Below, in pieces: positions 52,677-64,000 of a stretch of DNA of 64,000 nt. The notes beneath the pieces are model-generated. The model made no database searches, had not been told where the DNA came from, and worked only from the letters and a program-made list of their open reading frames with translations. A program made the position numbers and the translations under genes. Origin of the DNA: Eledone cirrhosa (Eukaryota); the NCBI GenBank assembly GCA_964016885.1, contig OZ024759.1, forward strand, positions 19,716,001 to 19,780,000, read 5' to 3'. How positions within the stretch are numbered: the first letter of the stretch is position 1; each line of letters opens with the position of its first letter.

Positions 52677-53494
52677 TATATCGTTGTTATTATTGTTTAT
52701 GTAAATTCTAAAAAAGATTTTTCAGATTTTTTGTTTCTGCATTTATTTTTTTTCATTTTCTCCCCTTAAAATAACAAAACAAAACAAAACAAAACAAAAC
52801 AAAACAAAAAAACTGCCTGTCATTATAAACATCATTATCTCTTCATCTTGGTCTTGTTATTTCTCCTCTTCCTTTTCTTCATCTTCCTCATGCCCCCCCC
52901 CCACACGTGTACACGCCATACCAATTATCTATCCATTTATCATCAATTTTTCTGACCCTTAAATTAATTTATGACAACAACAACAACAACAGTACCAGAC
53001 CAACAACAACAATAGTCCCAGACCACCACCACCAACAACAACAACAATAGTCCCAGACCAACAACAACAACAACAGTACCAGACCAACAATAGCAACAAT
53101 AGTCCCAGACCAACAACAACAGTCCCAAACCAACAACAACAACAACAACAGTCCCAGACCAACAACAACAACAACAACAATCCTGATTATGATATTGATG
53201 TTAATGATAATGTTTAATAACAATGATAAAATTAAAAAAATATCAATAATAACAACAACAATAGTAATAAAAATATCAATAATGTTGATAAAATTTACAA
53301 TAATCATAATTTTAACAACAAAAACAACAACAACAACAATGATATTTTAACAACAATAATAATAATGTTAATAAAAATATTAATAATAACAGCAATAATA
53401 TTAATTGATCTTTCTATATATGGTTTTTATATATTTTTTTCATGTTACTGCAAATAATGTAATGTGTAAATTTAATAGTGTAAAATGTCAACTG

Positions 53495-55700
53495 TTGTTT
53501 AGATATGGAGTGGGCAAATGTTAAGATGTAATGTGTGAAGTGGGTGTCAGATGTGTCATTGTTAAGATATGGAGTGTGAAATGTTAAGATGGAATGTGTG
53601 ATGTGGGTGTTAGATGTGTCATTGTTAAGATATGGAGTGTGAAATGTTAAGATGGAATGTGTGATGTGGGTGTTAGATGTGTCATTGTTAAGATATGGAG
53701 TGTGAAATGTTAAGATGTAATGTGTGAAGTGGGTGTTAGATGTGTCATTGTTAAGATATGGAGTGTGAAATGTTAAGATGGAATGTGTGAAGTGGGTGTT
53801 AGATGTGTCATTGTTTAGATATGGAGTGTGAAATGTTAAGATGGAATGTGTAATGTGGGTGTTAGATGTGTCATTGTTAAGATATGGAGTGTGAAATGTG
53901 AGATAGAATGTGTGATGTGGGTGTTAGATGTGTCATTGTTAAGATATGGAGTGTGAAATGTGAGATGGAATGTGTGATGTGGGTGTTAGATGTGTCATTG
54001 TTAAGATATGGAGTGTGAAATGTGAGATGGAATGTGTGATGTGGGTGTTAGATGTGTCATTGTTAAGATATGGAGTGTGAAATGTTAAGATGGAATGTGT
54101 GATGTGGGTGTTAGATGTGTCATTGTTAAGATATGGAGTGTGAAATGTTAAGATGGAATGTGTGATGTGGGTGTTAGATGTGTCATTGTTAAGATATGGA
54201 GTGTGAAATGTTAAGATGGAATGTGTGATGTGGGTGTTAGATGTGTCATTGTTAAGATATGGAGTGTGAAATGTTAAGATGTAATGTGTGAAGTGGGTGT
54301 TAGATGTGTCATTGTTAAGATATGGAGTGTGAAATGTTAAGATGGAATGTGTGAAGTGGGTGTTAGATGTGTCATTGTTTAGATATGGAGTGTGAAATGT
54401 TAAGATGGAATGTGTAATGTGGGTGTTAGATGTGTCATTATTAACATATGGAGTGTGAAATGTGAGATGGAATGTGTGATGTGGGTGTTAGATGTGTCAT
54501 TGTTAAGATATGGAGTGTGAAATGTTAAGATGGAATGTGTGAAGTGGGTGTTAGATGTGTCATTGTTAAGATATGGAGTGTGAAATGTTAAGATGGAATG
54601 TGTGATGTGGGTGTTAGATGTGTCATTGTTAAGATATGGAGTGTGAAATGTGAGATGGAATGTGTAAAGTGGGTGATAGATTTATAATTGTTTAGATATG
54701 AAATGTCAGATGTCAAATATATTGTGTGAATTAAGTGTTAGATGTGTGATTGTTAAGATATGGAGTGTGAAATGTGAGATGGAATGTGTAAAGTGGGTGA
54801 TAGATTTATAATTGTTTAGATATGAAATGTCAGATGTCAAATATATTGTGTGAATTAAGTGTTAGATGTGTGATTGTTAAGGTATGGAGTGTGAAATGTG
54901 TGATGGAATGTGTAAAGTGGGTGATAGATTTATAATTGTTTAGATATGAAATGTCAGATGTAAAATATATTGTGTAAATTAAGTGTTAGATCTGTGATTG
55001 TTAAGGTATGGAGTGTGAAATGTGTGATGGAATGTGTAAAGTGCGTAGTGGGTAATAGATTTATAATTAAGATATGGAGTGTGAAATGTGAGATCTAATG
55101 TGTGAAATGTAACATATAATGTGCAAATTGTTAGATGTGTCATTGTTAAGGTATGAAGTGTGAAATGTGAGATGTAATGTGGGAAATGTAAAATGTAATG
55201 TGTAAATTGTTAGATGCGTCATTGTTAAGGTGTGAAATGTGAGATGTAATGTGTAAAATGGGTGACAGATGTGTTAAGAGATGCGGTGTGAAATGGGAGG
55301 TGTAATGCGCAAAATGCATGTTTTATCATTGTTAAAATTTGAAGTGTGAAATGTGAGATATGGAGTGGGGAAATGTGAAATGTAAAGTGAGAGATGTGTG
55401 GGACGTGAAGTCTGGGACAAGAAGTGTGAGGTGTGGGGTGAAACCTATGGGACATGAGATGTGGGACGTGAAGTGTGCGATGTGAAGTGCAGGATGTGAG
55501 GTGTGGGGTGTGAAGTGTGAGGTGTGGGACATGAGGTGAGGGATGTGAAATGTAGGATTAAGTGAAATATGTGGTGTGAAATGTTAAATGTAACTTGTGA
55601 TAGAAAAAATGTTAAATGTTATATTTGTACTGTGGAGCATGAAATATAAGATGTAATAAATGAAGTGTGAAATGTAAGTGGTAATGTGAAATATAACTTA
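53495..55700 (+). repeat. 63-bp minisatellite (about 18 copies) grading into a 124-bp unit (about 3.5 copies) and then a loose 7-mer repeat
   Basis: GATATGGAG at 53566, 53629 ...; TGTGTAAAGT at 54661, 54785, 54909, 55033. Confidence 0.9.
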
Positions 55701-55986
55701 TGGGGTGGCGTGGCTCTGTTCACATCTACCCAACTCCAGGGATGTTTTACATGATTTTATCAATTAATATTTGTAGTGATCAACTATTATTGTGGTCATT
55801 TGTGCTGGGATGCACACGTTTCAAATTCCACACATGTGCACACACACACACACACATATATGTACATATATATGTATACACATACACAAATATAACCTAC
55901 ATATATATATGTTTATATGTATATACCTACTTATATATCCATACATATATATAAATGTATTTATGTATATACCTACATATGTATCT

Positions 55987-56024
<38 letters not shown>

Positions 56025-56053
56025 GATCAAAAGATGGTTAAATGAGTTCCATG

Positions 56054-56125
56054 TATTTTATTATGCGCATTTCAAAAAACAAATATCATCATGCAATAAC
56101 ATTTGTGTTTTCATCAGATAAAATA
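56054..56125 (-). ncRNA. minimal type I hammerhead ribozyme in a (TA)n-flanked island (56022-56260)
   Basis: minus strand TATTTTAT-CTGATGA-AAACACAAATGTTATT(gcat)GATGATATTTGTTTTTT-GAAA-TGCGCA-TA-ATAAAATA; perfect 8-bp helix I, palindromic helix III. Confidence 0.85.
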
Positions 56126-56308
56126 GGAGGACATGGTATGAAGGTTAAAAAACACTTGTGGATAGTGCAGTTTTAAATCAACATATCTACAAACTGTAGA
56201 GTGCTTCTTATCCGATATCTGCATTGCTTTATTGTACTACAATAAAACTCACCTCCTACATATATATATATATATATACACATTTATATATATATATATA
56301 TATATATA

Positions 56309-56489
56309 CGTTATTCCGGGTTGAATCGGAGGTAACCACAGTAAGTAAGGTACTCAATACATTGCAGAGTATAAAAGTTTTAATATAGATGAGATTCTAC
56401 AGAAATTATCAGGAATCATCTGATTCCTGATGATTTCTAAAGAATGAAACAGTTCTAGTCCTGTAGAATCTCATCTATATTAAAACTTA
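56309..56489. repeat. (TA)n-flanked fold-back element centred on 56419-56420
   Basis: AAGTTTTAATATAGATGAGATTCTACAG / CTGTAGAATCTCATCTATATTAAAACTT and inner ATCAGGAATCA / TGATTCCTGAT. Confidence 0.85.
56422..56470 (+). ncRNA. type I hammerhead ribozyme with a weak helix II
   Basis: GATTC-CTGATGA-tTTC(taaa)GAAt-GAAA-CAG(ttctagtc)CTG-TA-GAATC. Confidence 0.7.
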
Positions 56490-56699
56490 TATATATTTAT
56501 ATATATATATATACACACACATATATTGGCTACTGTTGTCCTAAATAAAGTAAAATCCCTCAAGAACAGTGTGAAGAAGCTTAGCGTAATCTTTTATCCC
56601 GTCTTGGTCTGCTGTCGTCATATCATCGTAATTACTGGTCTCCCTTGGTTACTGTGGTGGTGGTAGGAGGGATGGTGGTAGCAGTGGAGAATTAAATTG

Positions 56700-60095
<3,396 letters not shown>

Positions 60096-60181
60096 GCCGT
60101 TTAATGATTGAAATTACAGTAAGTGTAAACAGAAGAGAAATGTCTGGAAAAAAATCTAGAAACAAAATAACAAAACAAAAA

Positions 60182-60213
<32 letters not shown>

Positions 60214-60474
60214 ACAACAGACAGCAATGTTTTTTAAGAAAATGGCTGGATAAATATAAATTGTGAGGGTTGCTCCAGCATGGTCTGATCTTTTTTCTTC
60301 TTAAGAATGTATCATAATTTCTTTGATGGTGACTCAATTTCTAATGCAATTACACACTATTTCAATTAATTATTTTGTATTCTTTTACTGGTTTCAGTCA
60401 CATGACCGAGGCCTTGCTGGAGCACCACCTTACTAAATCAATTATGTCAATCCCTGTAGACACTTTAAACTTTT

Positions 60475-61625
60475 TAACCCTTCCATAACTACATTTCTAA
60501 TTAAATACTCTCTATTTAAATTAATTAATGAAGAATTTTGAGGAATTTACTAAAATCATTTATTATTTCATTACTAAGATAGTAACTTAATGTTCTCGTG
60601 TAAGATTATGTTAAAAGATGTAATTTAAATTGAAATCCTTTAAAATGAGTGGTTTTGTTTCTTAGAACTGAAGCCAATTTTGGCTGAGTTTGTGTCAAAA
60701 GTGTTAATGAAGGATTTTGAAGGATTTACTAAAATTAGTAATTATTTCATTACTAAGATAGTAATTTATGTAAGATAATGTTGGAAGATGTAATTTAAAC
60801 AGAAATCCTTTAAAATGGGTGGTTTTATTTCATACTTCCAGAGTCACTTTTGGCCAAGTTGGTAGAAAAGGGTAAAATGGTTAGTTTTGTTTCATAGAAC
60901 CAAAATTGGGTTTGACAGAGTTGGTATCAATAGAGTTAACAAAAAATGTTGAAGGTTTTACTAAAATTATTAATTATTTCATTACTAAGATATTAACTTA
61001 ACATTTGGTTCTCACATAAAATTATGTTGGAAGATTTAAATTTAAAATGGGTGGTTTTATTTCATAGAACCAGAATCACTTTTGGCTAGGTTGGTAGCAA
61101 AAGGCTTAAAATGGTTAGATTTGTTTCATAGAACCATTACTAAAACAGTAACTTAACATATAATTCTTATATAAAATGATGTTAAAAATGGTTAATTTAA
61201 ATTGGAAACCTTTAAAATGGGTGGTTTTATTTCATAGAACCAGAAATGGTTTTGGTTGGGTTGGTATCGAAAGAGTTAACAAAAAATGTTGAAGTATTTA
61301 CTAAAATTGTTAATTATTTCATTAAGATATTAACTTGATTCTTATATAAAATTATGTTGGAAGACTTTAATTTAAATAGAAAACCTTTAAAATGGGTGGT
61401 TTTATTTTATAAAACCAGAAATGGTTTTGGCTAGATTGGTATCAAAAGGGTTAATGAAGAATTTTGAAGGATTTATTAAAATTATTAATTACTTCACTAC
61501 TTTACATTTGGTTCTTATATAAAATTATGTAAATAAGTGGTTTTGTTGTATAGAAACAGAAGCAGTTTTAGCCAAGCTGGCATCAAAAGGGTTAATGAAG
61601 AATTTTGAGAGATTTACAAAACTAA
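60475..61625 (+). repeat. degenerate ~170-190-bp AT-rich tandem repeat, probably derived from a TTAA/CCCTT-ended MITE
   Basis: recurring TTTAAAATGGGTGGTTTT..GGTATCAAAAGGGTTAA..TTTACTAAAATT; starts TTAACCCTTCC. Confidence 0.65.
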
Positions 61626-62409
61626 TTATCCTGGATATTGTGAGAAAACACTTTATGCCAAACAGAATCTCAGGCACCAGCTGCCTTGTTGTCCCAGTGG
61701 GGAGAATGGAGAAAGTATTAGTTGTGGTGGTTATAGTGGTGGTGGTGGTTTGTAACAGTGGTGGTGGTGATTGTCGTAGTAGTGGTGGTAATGTGGTGAT
61801 GACAGTAATATTAGTGGTGGTGCTGGTGGTGTTGATTGTTGTAATAGTAGTGGTGGTGGTGGTGATTGTTGTAATAGTAGTGGTGGTGGTGGTGATTGTT
61901 GTAATAGTAGTGCTGGTGGTGTTGATTGTTGTAATAGTAGTGGTGGTGGTGGTGATTGTTGTAATAGTAGTGGTGGTGGTGGTGATTGTTGGAATAGTAG
62001 TGGTGGTGGTGATTGTTGTAATAGTAGTGGTGGTGGTGGTGATTGTTGTAATAGTAGTGGTGGTGGTGGTGATTGTTGTAATAGTAGTGGTGGTGGTTGT
62101 AGTAATATCACCACTGTTACAAATCATCATCACCACCACTATAGGTGGTGGTGGTGGTGGTGATTGTAGTAATAATAGTAGTGTTGGTGGTGTAGTTGTG
62201 ATGGTGATGGTAGTAATTATAGTAGTGGTGGTGTTGGTGGTTGTAGTAATAATAGTGGTGTTGGTGGTAGTGGTAGTGATAATAGTAGTGGTGGTGGTAG
62301 TGGTAGTGATAATAGTAGTGGTAGTGGTGGTGGTGGTGATTGTAGTAATTATGGTTGTGGTGGTTGTAGTAATAATAGTAGTGGTGATGTTGGTGGTAGT
62401 TGTAGTAAT

Positions 62410-62530
62410 AATTGTTTCTACATTTGGCACAAGGCCAGCAATTACCCCAGTGCATTACTGGTACTTTATTTTATCGGCCCCGTAAGGATGAAAGGCAAAG
62501 TTAACCTCGGCGGGATTCGAACTCAGAATG
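62410..62530 (-). mobile_element. 5'-truncated SINE family B in an (AGT/GGT)n field
   Basis: matches the family core. Confidence 0.8.
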
Positions 62531-62667
62531 GCTGTAGTAGTAGTAGTGGTGGTGATTGTAGTAATAATAGTAGTGGTAGTAGTAGTATTAACAATACCAG
62601 CTGTAGTAATTGTTATGTGTTGTTCAATCAACCAACCAACCAAAAATCTGTTTATTTCTCTCTGTAG

Positions 62668-62811
62668 AAATGGTTAATGAAAGTGCCTTAAACATTCATG
62701 TGAAACCAAGTATGAACATGGAAGAGAAATCACTGAAGCATGTTATGAATCCACAACTGAAACATACTGTACTTGATCCAACCACACCATTCCAAGTAGA
62801 GCTTCTCTCAG
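62668..62811 (+). CDS. internal coding exon of an unidentified host gene: (E)MVNESALNIHVKPSMNMEEKSLKHVMNPQLKHTVLDPTTPFQVELLS
   Basis: acceptor TTTATTTCTCTCTGTAG, donor CAG|GTAGGT, 144 nt (phase 1-1), only one open frame, non-repetitive composition. Confidence 0.65.
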
Positions 62812-62844
62812 GTAGGTAAACACAGTGTGGTCATGGTTGGGTGG

Positions 62845-63283
62845 TTAAGCCTTTAGCATTTACATTACTCTATATTTAATATTGTACTTCCATGCTAAAG
62901 GCTTTATATTACATAATTATCTCACATAATATTGAATCTACGAGATTTTGATGTCATTTATTTTGAGAACAATACCTTGACATAAATAGGAGCAACCGGT
63001 TATGGCTGGTTTGAACAGAAAGAGGTGAGAGAATTTTGGCTGAATATGGCCGGTTTAACCCTTTACCATTTACATTACTCTATACAAACTATTGTATTTT
63101 TGTGGTAAAGGATTTACTTCGCATAATTATCTTTCACAATATCAAATCTACAAGATTTTGATATTATTTATTTTGAGAACAATACCTTAACATAAGTATG
63201 AGCAACTGGTTATGGCTGATTTGAACAGAAAGAAGTGAGAGAATTCTGGCCGGATATGGTCAGTTTAAATGCTAAAGGGTTAA
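62845..63283 (+). mobile_element. two tandem TTAA MITE copies
   Basis: the second starts TTAACCCTTTACCATTTACATTACTC at about 63055 and ends TAAATGCTAAAGGGTTAA. Confidence 0.8.
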
Positions 63284-63789
63284 TTAAGTAAGTTTGCCTG
63301 GCAACTATCTGGTCATGGGTTGAATCCCAGTGTGTATCAACCTTGGCTAGTATCATTTACCATAGCTTCACATCAACCTATGTCTTAGAAGTGACATTTG
63401 GTAGACAGAAACTGTTTGGAAGCCTGTCAGATGGACTGTACCTGTAATACAAAGGGCCAGCTTTGTTACAGTACATTACTGGTACTTTATTTTATTGACC
63501 CCGTAAGGAGGAAAGGCAAAGTTATCCTTGGTGGGATTTGAACTCAGAATGTAAATGGCCATAACTTATGTAGCAAAGGCCCTTTACGTTCTGAGTTCAA
63601 ATCCCACCGAGGTTAACTTTGCCTTTTATCCTAATGGAATGAAAGCCTCTTACACTATAATACATGAGGGACACATGTGGCTATGGGATGCTCAGCCTCA
63701 AATATAAGCTGACCACCATTTTACCATCAAATTATTTTTTTTGTCACATATATATTGGCTTGTATATTTGGTAAGTAGATATTGGTCGT

Positions 63790-64000
63790 CTAGGCGTCAT
63801 GTCTAAAAGCACCCAGTCCACACTGTAAAGTGGTGGTGTAGGTGTCTTGACAAAAAGCACCCAGTCCACACTGTAAAGTGCTGGTGTAGGTGTCGCAACT
63901 AAAAGCACCCAGTCCACACTGTAAAGTGCTGGTGTAGGTGTCGCAACTAAAAGGACCCAGTCCATACTGTAAAGTAATCGTGTAGGTTGTCACGTGAAAA
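63790..64000 (+). repeat. 48-bp tandem repeat of the SINE module AAAAGCACCCAGTCCACACTGTAAAGTG; runs off the window
   Basis: units at 63805, 63853, 63901, 63949. Confidence 0.85.

Noticed and set aside
53500-54650. Open minus-strand frame through the 63-bp array (NNDTSNTHITHSILTFHTPYL)n
   Set aside because: Expected by chance for a unit divisible by 3; no start or splice context; derives from a heptamer repeat
56119-56136. 18-nt micro-exon between TTTTCATCAG and GTATGA
   Set aside because: The apparent acceptor is the reverse complement of the hammerhead core in a repeat-like island
56550-56650. Minus-strand peptide PRETSNYDDMTTADQDGIKDYAKLLHTVLEG
   Set aside because: Bounded by stops and lacks a usable acceptor/donor pair; cannot be supported without a search

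Overview
Animal nuclear DNA, very AT-rich and dominated by repeats. The mix of (TA)n/(CA)n/(GGT)n microsatellite fields, tRNA-headed SINEs, RTE/CR1/Tx1-type LINE 3' fragments, TTAA-flanked MITEs and non-autonomous Helitrons looks like an octopus (coleoid cephalopod) genome; this is an inference and no search was run. Almost all long ORFs in the track are microsatellite read-throughs. The only convincing host-gene sequence is one internal 144-nt exon (62668-62811, +), so much of the window may be intron or upstream region. The main hidden signal is RNA structure. Short unique islands between (TA)n tracts carry at least six near-complete minimal type I hammerhead ribozymes of different sequence (6548-6585 plus its mirror copy, 12450-12508, 23960-24020, 38488-38530, 56054-56125, 56422-56470) and about five decayed or half copies. 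Several lie in fold-back palindromes, as expected for Penelope-like element pseudo-LTR relics, and one has a compensatory U3:A8 core. There is also a decayed HDV-like fold at the 5' end of an RTE-like piece, four minisatellites amplified from retroposon segments at 3-4 nt microhomologies, and a SINE/LINE pair sharing a 3' tail. All coordinates were read by eye; repeat boundaries are approximate.
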